A program made the position numbers and the translations under genes. Below are positions 19,141-30,933 of a stretch of DNA of 64,000 nucleotides, piece by piece. The DNA is from Deltaproteobacteria bacterium (lineage in GTDB: Bacteria; Myxococcota; Myxococcia; Myxococcales; 40CM-4-68-19), in contig VBKI01000070.1 in the NCBI GenBank assembly GCA_005879535.1, positions 18,173-82,172 of the forward strand. Reading direction: 5' to 3'. The stretch's first letter is position 1; the number at the start of each line of letters is the position of its first letter. The notes below the pieces were generated by a model that was not told the DNA's origin, did not search any database, and saw nothing but the letters and a program-made list of their open reading frames with translations.

Positions 19141-22100
19141 ATGGACTCGATCGTCACCGAGGAGCTTCCGGTTCCGGCCCCGCAGCGCGATCCGAGCGAC
19201 GAGGAGATCCAGGCTGCGAAGGACGCTCTGGCGCACCTGGAAAGCGAAGCGGCCGCCCTCGGCAACGTTCCCTCCGCTGCGCCCGTGCACCACGCCATGG
19301 GGCGAATCTTCCTCGAGCAGCTCGGAGACGCGAAGAGCGCTGCCGTCTGCTACCAGAACGCGTTCGATTTGAACCCGCGATACCGGCCCAACCTCGAGTC
19401 CGCTCGACGCCTCTTCGCCGCCGCCGGGCGGAAGGACAAGGCGCTCGCGCTCCATCACCGCGAAGAAGCGCTGCTGGACGACGACGGCGAACGCGCGGAA
19501 TCGCTGCGCGCACAGGCGTTGCTCCTTCGTGAGCTCGGCAGGGTGGAAGACGCGAAGAAACTGATCGACGGCGCGCTCCGCCTCGCGCCCGAGCATCCAG
19601 CCCTCCTGAAAGCGAGCGTCGAGGCCTCCGAGCGCGAGGGCGATCGGGCGCGCACCGCGACCCTCTTGATCCGTTCCGCGCGCGCCACGCGCGACCCCGT
19701 CTACAAAGCGCAGCACTTGCGGCGGGCGGTCTTGCTGCTCGACGCGCTGCGAGCGCAACCGGATGGTGCGTCCGGGGATATCACGCAGCTGCACGACGAG
19801 GTGGTCCACAAGCTGCACCAGGCGGATCCCAACGACGCCATCGGGTTCTTCGCGACGCTGTTGCGCGCACGTTCGAGCAACGACTGGGAGACGGTTCTCC
19901 GCCTCTGCCGGCAGCGGGCCGATCGGACCGCCGGCGCCGCCGACCGGGCGCTGGCAGCCGCCATCGCGGCGTACCGCCTGGGTCGAGTCTCCGAAGGCCT
20001 GGCGGAGGCCACCGCCGCGCTCGAGGACAACCGCCGCGACGGCGCGCTGCTCGCGCTGCGCAGCGAGCTCTCCGAGCAGCAGAAGTCGCCGGACCTCGCC
20101 GACGTGCTCCGCCAGCGCGCCGCGGGAAGCATCGAGGCGACCGAGCGCGCCCATCTCAAGATGCGCACGGCGCTGCTGCTGTCCGACCCGCTCGAGCAGG
20201 AGCAGCTCCTCTCCGAGGCGTTGGCCGACAACCCCGGAGACGCGGCGGCGATCGCGCTCCACGCGCGACTGGTCACGCAGCGCGATCCGGGCTCCGCCGC
20301 GGAACGGTTCATCGCGCTCGGCGAGGCGCTGGAAACGCATGCGCCCGACGAGGCGGCGGCGCACTATCTCGAGGCCGGGGTCTGGCACGAACGCGCCGGC
20401 GGGCGTGCAGAGGCCGCGGCACTCGCCCAGCGCGCGCTGAAGCTCGTGCCGAAGCACCTTCCCGCGCTCCGGCTTCTGACGCGCACGCTGCCCGGCCTGA
20501 TGGCGGGAGACCAGCTCGCCGACCTTCTCGAGCACGCCTCGGTCCAGCTTCCCCGCGCCATCGGCGCCGAGCTTCTCGCGCGCGCCGCAGCGCTGGTGAG
20601 CGAAGCCGAGCCGGAGCGGAGCATCGCTCTCGCCCGGCGGGCGGCCGAGATGGCCCGCGGCCTCGTCAGCCCACGAGGGCTGGAGACCTGGTGCACGTTC
20701 GCCTTCAAGCTGAGGGACTTCGCCCAGCTCTCGCAAGCGCTGGAAGCGCGCGCCGATTCCACCTCCGGCTCGGACGCCGCGGACCTGCTGGTCGAGGCGA
20801 GCGAGCTGGCCCGGGCCGCGGGCAACGACGTGCGATCCACCACGCTCTTGCGCAAGGCGCGCGGGGTCGATCCCGGCTCGTCCACGGCGCGCAACGCGCT
20901 GCTCGCCCTCAGCACGATCCCGAGCCGCGAGCGCATCGAGCTGCTGCAGGAAGAAGCGCGCCACACGGCGCCCGAGCGGGCGGCGGCGCTGCAGGCCGAG
21001 CGCGCCATGCTCCTCGAGGAGGAAGGACGCGTCGACGAGGCGGTGTACGCTTGCACCCAGGCGCTGACGCTCGCCGGGCTCGACCTCGCGGTGCTCCGGC
21101 GGCTCGTCCGGCTGCAGCTCCGCCGCGGCGATCACGCGGCGGCACTCGCGGCGCTGGTACACGTCGCCGAGACGGTCCCCGAGGGACATCCGCGGGCGGA
21201 GGCTTACGGGCGGGCGGCCGAGGCGGCGGAGTGGCGCGTCGGCGATCCGCTGCGCGCCATCGATCTCTACAAGGCAGCAACGCAGCAGCATCCGCAGGCC
21301 GCGTTCGCCTGGTCGCAGCTGGCGCGCCTTCTCGCCTGGACGGAAAAGCCGGCGGAGGCGGCTCTGGCCTGCGAGCACCTCGCCGCCGTTGCCCAACCGC
21401 TCTCCGAGCGCAACGAGGCGCGGCGCTGGGCAGCCTCCCTCTATGCGCACCGGGCCGGGCAGCCCGAGAAGGCGGCGTCGCTCCTGCGGGCGCTGCTCGC
21501 CGACGCGCCTGGAGACCTCGAGGCGGCCGCCGAGCTGCTCGGGTTGATCGCGCATGAAGCGACCGCCGCGGCCCGCAAGGAGCGCGTCGAGCTGCGCGGC
21601 CGGCTCGCCTCCAGATGCCAGGACCCGCGCGTTGCCGCTCTCTTGCGCGCGGAGTCCGGAGAGGACCGCCTGGCGGCCGGGGAGCGGGACCAGGGCATCG
21701 CTGAGTACCGGCGGGCGCTGGCGCTCAACCCCCAGGATCGGGTCGCGCTCGACGTGGTCGAGGACGTGCTGCGAGGCAGCGGACAGAAGTCCGTGCTCGC
21801 GGACCACCTCGCCTTCCGCTGCTCGTTCGCCGACGGAGACACGCGGGCCGCGCTCGCGCTGGAGCAGGCGCAGATCTTCGTCGAGCAAGGCCGGATGAAG
21901 GAGGCGGCGGCCGCCTACCGCCAGGCCCTGGCGAGCGAGCCGGCTTCCCTGGTCGCATTGAAGGGCGCGCGTCACATCGCCGGGCTTCTCGGCGACGAAG
22001 CCGAGGTGGCCCGCCTGCTCGCCAAGGAAGGTTCGGTCGCGAGCAACGCCGGAGCGATGGTCGAATCGGCGCTGCTCGCCGCCGACATGGGCCAGGACGA

Positions 22101-23793
22101 CGACGCCGTCGAGCGACTCGCGACCGTCCTGGAAGGAGATCCGGGAAACGCCGAAGTCGCGGCCAAGCTGCGCGCCGTCCTCGGCAACGATTCGGTCCGG
22201 GGGCTCGCGGGAATCCACGAGCGCATCGGCCATGCCCACGCCGACCCGAAGCTGGGCGCCCGCGCGTGGATCGAGGCAGGAAAGCTCGAGCTGCGCGAGC
22301 TCGCCGACGCTCCCGCGGCATTCTTCGCCGCCGGCAGGGCACTGGCACGCGATCCCGGCAATCCGGACGCGCTGGAGCTGCGCGCGGACGCGGGAGAGGC
22401 CGCGGGACGCGCCCGCGACGCCGCCGAGGCGCTGCGCAAGCGCATCGAGATCGCCGGCGAAGACCCACGCGCGCCGTCGTGGAGGCTGCGCCTCGGACGG
22501 CTCTACGCCGAGACCGGCGAGGCGCAAAAGGCCCTCTCCTTGCTCGGCTCGCTCGAGGGGATCGAGCCGGCGGTGCTGATGCACCTCGCCTCGGGAGCGC
22601 GGTCACTCCCCGCGCCCGACGCCGTGCGCCTCTATCGGCGGTTGCTCGATCTTTTTCCCGCCGCGACGGATCCCGGTCCGACCCAGGCGCAGCTCGCCGA
22701 GTGGAGCGAGGCCCTCGGGCGCCGGCTTCTCGCCGAAGGACAGCCGCAGGCGGCATTGCAGGCCTTCCGCCTCGCCTTGGTCCACGAGCCCGGCAACGTC
22801 GCCGCTCTCCGGCACGTAGCTGAGCTGGGCGGCTCGTCCGACGGCGTCGAGGCCCAGCTCGCGCTCTTCGAGGTCAATCCGTCCGTCGAGCCGATCCGCG
22901 CTCTGGGCAAGCTGTTCGAGGCGCAGTCGCGGCCCGACGGCTCATTCTGTGCGGCGGCCGTCCTCGCCGGGCTCGGAGCTGCGGAGCCCGAGGAGCGCAC
23001 TCGCCACGAGGCGAGCTCCAGCCGTCCGCCGCCGGTGGAATTGCCCCAGATCGCCGACGACGCCTCGGTTCGGGCCTCGAGCGACGCCGGAGCGGCGCGG
23101 GATCTCCTCGCGGCGGCCGCACCCGAGCTCGCCAGAGCGCTGGCCACGGACATGAGCGGCAGGCGGGGAGCGGTGGTCAAGGGCGACAACCCCGTGCGCC
23201 GGGTCGTGGCCGCCATTGCCCGCGCTCTGGGGATGACGGAGCCGGCCCTGTATCTCTCGCGCACGGAGCCCGGCGTCGTCGCGCCCGTCGCGGCGGAACC
23301 GCCGGGCATTCTCGTCGGCTCCGAAGTCCCCAAGCACTGGTCCCCTCGCCAGCAGCGGTTCCTCTACGCACGGGCGCTCGCGCACATCCGCCGCGGCACG
23401 CACGCGATCGCCCATCTCCCGGGCCCGGGCCTCGCCAGCCTCGTGGGCCAGATCGTGCGCATCGCCGCGCCGGTCGAAACGGATTTCTCCCATCTTCCTC
23501 CTGCGGATCCGGTGCTTGGCGAGCGGCTCGCGCCATACTTTGGTCAGGAGGCGCGCGAGACGCTCTCTTGGCTGGCGGCGAACGTCGCCGCGGAACCGGC
23601 GCCGGACTGGGACGCGCTCGCGCTCGGGATCCGTGAGAGCGCGGAGCGCGTCGCTCTCGCGATCTGCGGCGATCCGGCGCCCGCCATTTCCATCGTCTGC
23701 AGCGAGGTCCAGGGCGGGCTGGAGCGGCCGGAGGTCGCGCGCCTGGCGAGATTCGCCGTCAGCGAGGCGTATCTCGCGATCCGCGCGAAGTAG
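19141..23793 (+). CDS. 1550-aa cytoplasmic tetratricopeptide-repeat protein with a non-TPR C-terminal domain
   Basis: ATG at 19141 (MDSIVTEELP...), no signal peptide. Continuous Ala/Leu/Arg-rich TPR-like helical repeats. The last 330 aa or so are not TPR-like. The 854 upstream codons of the 2404-aa tracked ORF cross hutH and lysC and are artefactual. Confidence 0.85.
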   Translation: MDSIVTEELPVPAPQRDPSDEEIQAAKDALAHLESEAAALGNVPSAAPVHHAMGRIFLEQLGDAKSAAVCYQNAFDLNPRYRPNLESARRLFAAAGRKDKALALHHREEALLDDDGERAESLRAQALLLRELGRVEDAKKLIDGALRLAPEHPALLKASVEASEREGDRARTATLLIRSARATRDPVYKAQHLRRAVLLLDALRAQPDGASGDITQLHDEVVHKLHQADPNDAIGFFATLLRARSSNDWETVLRLCRQRADRTAGAADRALAAAIAAYRLGRVSEGLAEATAALEDNRRDGALLALRSELSEQQKSPDLADVLRQRAAGSIEATERAHLKMRTALLLSDPLEQEQLLSEALADNPGDAAAIALHARLVTQRDPGSAAERFIALGEALETHAPDEAAAHYLEAGVWHERAGGRAEAAALAQRALKLVPKHLPALRLLTRTLPGLMAGDQLADLLEHASVQLPRAIGAELLARAAALVSEAEPERSIALARRAAEMARGLVSPRGLETWCTFAFKLRDFAQLSQALEARADSTSGSDAADLLVEASELARAAGNDVRSTTLLRKARGVDPGSSTARNALLALSTIPSRERIELLQEEARHTAPERAAALQAERAMLLEEEGRVDEAVYACTQALTLAGLDLAVLRRLVRLQLRRGDHAAALAALVHVAETVPEGHPRAEAYGRAAEAAEWRVGDPLRAIDLYKAATQQHPQAAFAWSQLARLLAWTEKPAEAALACEHLAAVAQPLSERNEARRWAASLYAHRAGQPEKAASLLRALLADAPGDLEAAAELLGLIAHEATAAARKERVELRGRLASRCQDPRVAALLRAESGEDRLAAGERDQGIAEYRRALALNPQDRVALDVVEDVLRGSGQKSVLADHLAFRCSFADGDTRAALALEQAQIFVEQGRMKEAAAAYRQALASEPASLVALKGARHIAGLLGDEAEVARLLAKEGSVASNAGAMVESALLAADMGQDDDAVERLATVLEGDPGNAEVAAKLRAVLGNDSVRGLAGIHERIGHAHADPKLGARAWIEAGKLELRELADAPAAFFAAGRALARDPGNPDALELRADAGEAAGRARDAAEALRKRIEIAGEDPRAPSWRLRLGRLYAETGEAQKALSLLGSLEGIEPAVLMHLASGARSLPAPDAVRLYRRLLDLFPAATDPGPTQAQLAEWSEALGRRLLAEGQPQAALQAFRLALVHEPGNVAALRHVAELGGSSDGVEAQLALFEVNPSVEPIRALGKLFEAQSRPDGSFCAAAVLAGLGAAEPEERTRHEASSSRPPPVELPQIADDASVRASSDAGAARDLLAAAAPELARALATDMSGRRGAVVKGDNPVRRVVAAIARALGMTEPALYLSRTEPGVVAPVAAEPPGILVGSEVPKHWSPRQQRFLYARALAHIRRGTHAIAHLPGPGLASLVGQIVRIAAPVETDFSHLPPADPVLGERLAPYFGQEARETLSWLAANVAAEPAPDWDALALGIRESAERVALAICGDPAPAISIVCSEVQGGLERPEVARLARFAVSEAYLAIRAK

Positions 23794-23844
23794 CCGCTCC
23801 GCGCCGCAAGGCGCGCACTGCGGCCAGGTTTTGGACCCGTACTC

Positions 23845-24566
23845 TCACTCCTCGCGGACGATCACTCCGCCGGGCAGCCGCGACTTGAGGAACTCCGCCG
23901 CGGCGCGCACCTGCCCCTCATCGCGCGAATCGAACGTGACTTTGACGCGGTGGTCCGCGTCGTCGAAGCGCGGATAACTCCCGATCCCCACCGCTGGAAA
24001 GCGCGCGACCGTCGCATCGAGATGCTCCGCAAGCATCGCCTCCCCCACCGAGAAGTACAGCGCCCTGGAATGGATGGGCGAGACGCGGAAGCGGTCACGG
24101 ATCCGCATGAACCCTTCTCGCAAGAGCGACGGGACCCCGGGGAGGATGACGACGTTCTCCAGCGAGATCACCGGGAACACGTACCCCTCGTGGAATTCGA
24201 CGCGCGAACCCTGCGGCACCTCCGCGAGCCGGCGCAAGGCGGGCTTCAGCGGCTCGCCGAAGCGCGCGCGGAGCAGCTCCAGGGTCCGTTCGTCCAGCAC
24301 CACCGCGCGGCCGAAGGCCTGCGAGACGGCGGCGATGGTGACGTCGTCGTGCGTCGGGCCGATCCCCCCGCTGGTGAAGACCCACTGCGCCTGCGCGAGG
24401 CACCGCTTCAGGGCGTCGACGATCAGCGGCACCTCGTCGGGCACCGTCTCGACGCGGCGCAGGTCCACCCCGAGGGCGCGCAGCTCGCGGGCGAGGAACG
24501 GACCGTTCTCGTCCTGCACCTTCGCAGAGAGGATCTCGTTGCCGATCACGAGAATGGCGGCGGTGC

Positions 24567-24570
<4 letters not shown>
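23845..24570 (-). CDS. molybdopterin-binding (MoCF/CinA N-terminal-like) domain protein
   Basis: 241 aa. ILVIGNEILSAKVQDENG and TSGGIGPTHDDVT motifs typical of the CinA/MoaB fold. 4-nt overlap with the upstream regulator gene. Confidence 0.85.
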
Positions 24571-26122
<1,552 letters not shown>

Positions 26123-26126
<4 letters not shown>

Positions 26127-26752
26127 CCCAGCTGCTGTTGCAGCGCCGCGTTGCAGAGATCGGCGACCTCGGTCACCGATCGGGTTCCGTCGATGGACAC
26201 CACCGAGGCCAGGGTGCCGACCAGGCGCGAGTACTCGCGCTCGATGAGCCCGAGTTGCTGGGCGGTCTCGTACCGCTCGAGCTTCGCGCCGCGGCTCCGC
26301 ACCCGTTCGAGCGCCACATTCGCCGGCACGTAGAGAAAGAGGGTGAGGTCGGGCCGGCGCGCGAAGCGGTTCGCGTGGTTGATGAAGTCGTGCGAGACGC
26401 TGGCGCCCTGATACGCGAGCGAGGACAGCGTGTACCGATCGAGGATCACGTCCTCCCCGCGGGCGAGGCGCGGGTCGATCTGCGATCCGAGGTGGTCGAG
26501 CCTGTCGGCGGCGAAGAGCAGCGCCATCACCCTCTCGTCGACCACTCCCAGCTTTCCGTCCGCCTGCGTGGTGGCGGCGCGGCCGGCGAGGATCTGACGG
26601 ATCAGGAGCCCCACCGACCCTTCGCTGGGCTGGTGTGCGAGATAGACGGTTCTTCCCTGCTTCTGGAGTCGCTCCGAGAGAAGGCGCGCCTGCGTGGTGG
26701 TCCCGGCGCCGTCGAGACCCTCGAAGACGATGAAGCGGCCGGGAACCGTCAT
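26123..26752 (-). CDS. tmk: dTMP (thymidylate) kinase
   Basis: ATG at 26752 gives MTVPGRFIVFEGLDGAGTTTQ (P-loop) and a DRY motif. 209 aa. Confidence 0.9.
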
Positions 26753-27063
26753 GGATCGATCCCCAGGGCCAGACGAAGCTCGCGCAATCGCGCTTCCACC
26801 TGGACCTCGCGGCGGAGGCTGACGCGGCCCTCGCGATAGCGGCGCACCGCGTCCCAGAGCAGCACCAGGTCGAGGAGCACGAGAGGCCAGAAGAACAACG
26901 GCGGGATGCGGGAGTCCCAGAGGAGCTTTCCACAGACGCCGGCGAGCAGCGCCCAGCACAAGCCCTCGACCGCCGCCCGAAGGAACAGGTCGGCGGACCT
27001 TCGCTCGCGGGCGGCGACCGCCAGGATCGAAAGCTCCTGCTCCATGGCGGCCCGCTCGTGCAT
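26749..27063 (-). CDS. small hypothetical membrane protein
   Basis: ORF 26749..27099, with a TTG at 27099 and ATG options at 27063 or 27045. Two hydrophobic segments (GLCWALLAGVCGKLLW, PLFFWPLVLLDLVLLW). 4-nt overlap with the tmk start. Confidence 0.5.
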   Translation of the reverse strand: MHERAAMEQELSILAVAARERRSADLFLRAAVEGLCWALLAGVCGKLLWDSRIPPLFFWPLVLLDLVLLWDAVRRYREGRVSLRREVQVEARLRELRLALGIDP

Positions 27064-27099
27064 CGCGCGCGCTCTACTCCCCGCAGCCACGTCCGTCAA

Positions 27100-27546
27100 T
27101 CACAGCTCTTGCAGCGGGAATGGCACGCCGCAGTCACTGCAGCGGACGTCCTTCGCGACGCGGGCGAAACACGAGGGACAGGTCACCGTCTCGCCGGTGG
27201 CTACCCGGCGCACCTCCACAACAGGGGGAGCGAGGTAACGCGATTTGCGGCGACCGCAGGAGTCGCAGACCAGGCCGAGCGAGGCTGTCCCGCACCACGG
27301 ACACGTCGCCGTCTCCGGCGGCGCCGGCATCCGCTCACCGAAGTCGTCCAGGCGCGTATGTTCCATGTCGGGGATCGGTTCGGTCTGGACGGCCAGATCG
27401 GCCGGTGCCAACGCCGTCGGCTCCAGACCTTCGATCGGCGTCACGGGCTGGCCTGCGCGGGACGCGGCGGCGTGCAGCATACCGCCGCACGTCGCGCACT
27501 CCGGTAAGTCGTCGGGGTTCTCGGTTTCGCAGATCGGGCAGTGCAT
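27100..27546 (-). CDS. triple zinc-ribbon protein
   Basis: ATG at 27546 (MHCPICE...). Three CxxC...CxxC pairs (CPIC/CATC, CPWC/CDSC, CPSC/CSDC). No other domain recognised. Confidence 0.65.
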   Translation of the reverse strand: MHCPICETENPDDLPECATCGGMLHAAASRAGQPVTPIEGLEPTALAPADLAVQTEPIPDMEHTRLDDFGERMPAPPETATCPWCGTASLGLVCDSCGRRKSRYLAPPVVEVRRVATGETVTCPSCFARVAKDVRCSDCGVPFPLQEL

Positions 27547-27608
27547 CGCGCGCAACGTACCACCGCGATGCGCCCGCCAAGAAGACAAACCGATCAGCCC
27601 TGATGCCG

Positions 27609-28271
27609 TCAGTGCAGGCGCGAATCGCCGGTCAGAGGGACGAACCGGACGTGCATCAGGACCTTGCGATCGAAAGCTCCAGTCCCGGGGATCTTGCGCC
27701 AGAGCTGAAGCTCCTGGTGGTCTGGATCCGGCCCCACCGGGATCACCAGGCGTCCGCCCGGCGCGAGCTGCTCCAGCAATGGCCGGGGGACCACTTCGGG
27801 CGCGGCGGCGACGAGGATCGCATCGAAGGGCGCTGCCTCGGGCCAGCCGTTCGAGCCGTCTGCCACCCGGAACTCGACGTTCTCGTAGCCCAATTCCTTC
27901 AGGGTCCGTTGCCCGCGCCAGGAAAGCTCGGGGACGATCTCGATGGTCCGGACGATGCTCGCCAAGGGGAGGAGCTCGCAGAGGATCGCCGTCTGGTAGC
28001 CGCTGCCGGTGCCGACCTCGAGCACGCGCTCGTTTCCTTCGAGCTGAAGCGCTTCGGTCATCGCCGCGACGATGTAAGGCTGCGAGATGGTCTGGCCGTA
28101 CCCGATCTCGAGCGGGTGGTCCCCTTCCGAGAACAACTGGGCATCGTCGGGGACGAAGAACCGGCGCGGGACGCGGCCGAACGCGGCGAGCACGCGCGAG
28201 TCGCGGATTCCCTGCTCGATGAGCCGGCGCACGAGCGGTCCCTCGAGGGGCTGCGGGAGAAGGCCCTCCAT
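27609..28271 (-). CDS. pcm: protein-L-isoaspartate O-methyltransferase
   Basis: ATG at 28271. GQTISQPYIVA and LEVGTGSGYQTA SAM-binding motifs. 220 aa. Confidence 0.9.
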   Translation of the reverse strand: MEGLLPQPLEGPLVRRLIEQGIRDSRVLAAFGRVPRRFFVPDDAQLFSEGDHPLEIGYGQTISQPYIVAAMTEALQLEGNERVLEVGTGSGYQTAILCELLPLASIVRTIEIVPELSWRGQRTLKELGYENVEFRVADGSNGWPEAAPFDAILVAAAPEVVPRPLLEQLAPGGRLVIPVGPDPDHQELQLWRKIPGTGAFDRKVLMHVRFVPLTGDSRLH

Positions 28272-28281
28272 GCTCCCCAAC

Positions 28282-28683
28282 CTACCCCTCGTGAGGGAAG
28301 TGCGAAAGCCCGATGCGGTTTCCCTCGGGATCCCGGACGTAAAGAGACCAGCGCGTCCGGTGCACGATCGGGACTCCCAGCGAGGCGAGCTTCTGCTCCC
28401 AGGCCTTGCGCTCGCCGGGCACGATGCGCAGCGCCAACAGGTGCAGTCCACCGTGGGGGTCCCGGAACGGCGCGGCCGGACGTTCCGCCTCGCACGATTC
28501 CAGCGCCAGGAACTCCTCTCCCGCACCCACCGACAACCACACCGATCGTTCGCCGGGGCGGCCGTCTTCCCACGGCCACCGCCTCAGGACGCGAAGCCCG
28601 AGCGCCTCGACGTAGAAGCGCTCCGCGGCGGGAAGGTCTTTCACCTGGATGGCGAGATGGTGATGTCCGTGGACCTGCGGCAT
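28282..28683 (-). CDS. VOC (glyoxalase/bleomycin-resistance/dioxygenase) family protein
   Basis: ATG at 28683 (MPQVHGHHHLAIQVKDL...). 133 aa with typical VOC beta-alpha-beta-beta-beta signatures (HLAxxVxDL ... YVRDPEGNRIGL). Confidence 0.8.
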   Translation of the reverse strand: MPQVHGHHHLAIQVKDLPAAERFYVEALGLRVLRRWPWEDGRPGERSVWLSVGAGEEFLALESCEAERPAAPFRDPHGGLHLLALRIVPGERKAWEQKLASLGVPIVHRTRWSLYVRDPEGNRIGLSHFPHEG

Positions 28684-28708
28684 CGGGCCAGTATAAAGGA
28701 GCCCCGCC

Positions 28709-30625
28709 ATGCTTCCCCGCGAGCAGATTCGCAACATCGCCATCATCGCGCACGTCGACCACGGAAAGACGACCCTGGTGGACTTCCTCTTCCGCCAGAC
28801 CGGGACTTTCCGGGCCAACGAGCAGGTGCAGGAGCGGGCGATGGACTCGAACGATCTCGAGCGGGAGAAAGGCATCACCATCCTCGCCAAGAACACCGCG
28901 GTGAATTATCGCGGCGTGAAGATCAACATCGTCGATACGCCCGGACACGCGGACTTCGGCGGCGAAGTCGAGCGGGGCCTCCGGCTGGTCGACGGCGTGC
29001 TCCTCCTCGTCGACGCGGCCGAAGGTCCCCTTCCGCAGACGCGTTTCGTGCTCGGCAAGGCACTGGCGCTCGGGTTGCCGGCCGTGGTGGTGGTCAACAA
29101 GGTCGACCGGCAGGACGCTCGCGTTCCAGAGGTCCTCGACGCCATCTACTCGCTGTTCATCGACCTGGGCGCGAACGAGCACCAGATCGAGTTCCCCGTG
29201 ATCTACGCGGTCGCCCGCGCAGGGAGAGCGTCCCTCAGGTTGTCCAATTTCGACGACCTTCCCGCCGGCAAGGCCGCGGCGCCCGGGGCCGCTCCGCACC
29301 CGGGAGAGGAGCCGGGATCCCGTGCCCGTACGCTCGAGCCGCTGCTCGACGCCATCCTGGAGACCGTTCCGCCGCCGAAAAAAGCGGAGACCACGCACGA
29401 AAAGCTCCAGATGCTGGTGGCGAACCTCGACTACGACGATTACGTCGGCCGCCTCGCCATCGGGCGGCTGAGCAGCGGAAGCATCGAGGTGGGGCAGCAG
29501 ATCTCCGTCTGCCGCGCCGACGGCAGCACGCCGCGCGGCAAGGTCACCAAGATCTACGCGTTCGAAGGGTTGAAGAAGGTGGAAATTGCGGAGGCGGGTC
29601 CCGGGGAGATCATCTCGCTCGCGGGCCTCGAGGAGGTCTCCATCGGCGACACCATCGCCGACCCCGAGCACCCCATCCCGCTCGAGCGCATCCACGTCGA
29701 CGAGCCGACGATGTCGATGGTCTTCAAGGTGAACGACGGCCCGTTCGCGGGCCGGGAGGGCAAGTACGTCACCTCGCGGAACCTGCGGGAGCGCCTCCAG
29801 CGCGAGTCCTACCGGAACGTCTCCATCCGCGTCTTCGACACCGACTCCCCCGATGCCTTCAAGGTAATCGGGCGCGGCGAGCTGCAGCTCGCGGTGATCG
29901 TGGAGACCATTCGGCGCGAGGGATACGAGCTGACGGTCTCGAACCCGGAGCCGATCACCAAGGAAATCGGCGGCCAGGTGCACGAGCCGATGGAGCTGAT
30001 GGTGTGCGACGTCCCGCAGTCCGCGGTCGGCGTCGTCACCGAGCGCCTGGGACCGCGCAAGGGTCGGATGACGGAGATGCAGAGCATCGGCTCGGACCGC
30101 GTGCGCCTCAATTTCCGCGTGCCCGCGCGCGGGCTCGTCGGGTTCCGGAACGAGTTCCTCACCATCACCCGGGGCGAAGGAATCATGTCCTCGCAGTTCG
30201 ACGGGTACGAGCCCTGGCAGGGGAAGGTCCCCAAGCGCAGCAACGGCGCCATCGTCAGCGACCGCGAAGGCGAGACGGTGGCCTACGCGCTCTTCGACAT
30301 CCAGGAGCGCGGCGCGCTCTTCTACGGACCCGGCGTCCCCGTGTACGAAGGGATGATCTGCGGCGAGCACGCCCACCCGAACGATCTGGACGTCAACGTG
30401 ACCCGGGGGCGGAAGCTCACCAACGTCCGCGCTGCCGGCCGCGACGAGAACGTCATCCTCAGCCCGCCCCGCGAGATGTCGCTGGAGAAGGCGCTGGAGT
30501 GGATCAACGAGGACGAGCTGGTAGAGGTGACGCCGAAGAACGTGCGGCTGCGCAAGAAGGTGCTCTCGGCGGGCGACCGCTACCGGCTGGAGCGCGAGCG
30601 GAAGCGCGCGGACGGGCTCATCTGA
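28709..30625 (+). CDS. typA: translational GTPase TypA/BipA
   Basis: 638 aa. [18 protein letters not shown] and NKVD GTPase motifs. Full-length resemblance to BipA. Confidence 0.93.
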   Translation: MLPREQIRNIAIIAHVDHGKTTLVDFLFRQTGTFRANEQVQERAMDSNDLEREKGITILAKNTAVNYRGVKINIVDTPGHADFGGEVERGLRLVDGVLLLVDAAEGPLPQTRFVLGKALALGLPAVVVVNKVDRQDARVPEVLDAIYSLFIDLGANEHQIEFPVIYAVARAGRASLRLSNFDDLPAGKAAAPGAAPHPGEEPGSRARTLEPLLDAILETVPPPKKAETTHEKLQMLVANLDYDDYVGRLAIGRLSSGSIEVGQQISVCRADGSTPRGKVTKIYAFEGLKKVEIAEAGPGEIISLAGLEEVSIGDTIADPEHPIPLERIHVDEPTMSMVFKVNDGPFAGREGKYVTSRNLRERLQRESYRNVSIRVFDTDSPDAFKVIGRGELQLAVIVETIRREGYELTVSNPEPITKEIGGQVHEPMELMVCDVPQSAVGVVTERLGPRKGRMTEMQSIGSDRVRLNFRVPARGLVGFRNEFLTITRGEGIMSSQFDGYEPWQGKVPKRSNGAIVSDREGETVAYALFDIQERGALFYGPGVPVYEGMICGEHAHPNDLDVNVTRGRKLTNVRAAGRDENVILSPPREMSLEKALEWINEDELVEVTPKNVRLRKKVLSAGDRYRLERERKRADGLI

Positions 30626-30663
30626 GCTGGATCGGGGCGACCGGGCAGAAGTGGAAGCTGTGG

Positions 30664-30933
30664 GTGTTCTGCGCCCTGATGCTGGTCACCGCCGGCTGCC
30701 TCTTCGCGCTCTTCGCGGCGATCGGGCGTGCGCCGGAGGAGACCGTGGTGGTGTTCGCGCTCGGCGTGGTCTTCATCGCCGCCGGGGCGTACCTGTGGTT
30801 GGCCCTCAGCATCCGCTGTCCGCGATGCCGGCGGCGGATCGGGTGGCTCGTGCTCGCGCACATGCACACCTCGGAGTGGCTGGTCCAGCTCTGGCGCGGC
30901 GAGGCGTGTCCCGCCTGCGGCGACAAGGGGTAA
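30664..30933 (+). CDS. small two-TM protein with a C-terminal zinc ribbon (start uncertain)
   Basis: Tail of the 28087..30933 ORF directly after typA. Two hydrophobic helices, then CPRC...CPAC. Candidate starts are GTG 30664 or ATG 30679. Confidence 0.4.
   Translation: MFCALMLVTAGCLFALFAAIGRAPEETVVVFALGVVFIAAGAYLWLALSIRCPRCRRRIGWLVLAHMHTSEWLVQLWRGEACPACGDKG

Noticed and set aside
23800-23815. cgcgcc-GCAA-ggcgcg hairpin after the giant TPR gene, considered as a terminator
   Set aside because: The stem is only 6 bp and the nearest T run (23829-23832) is 13 nt away. Evidence is too weak to call.
28058-30933. 772-aa minus-strand and 948-aa plus-strand ORFs overlapping typA
   Set aside because: They are off-frame or antisense to typA. 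Only the last 90 codons or so of the 948-aa ORF, downstream of typA, look like a real small membrane protein.
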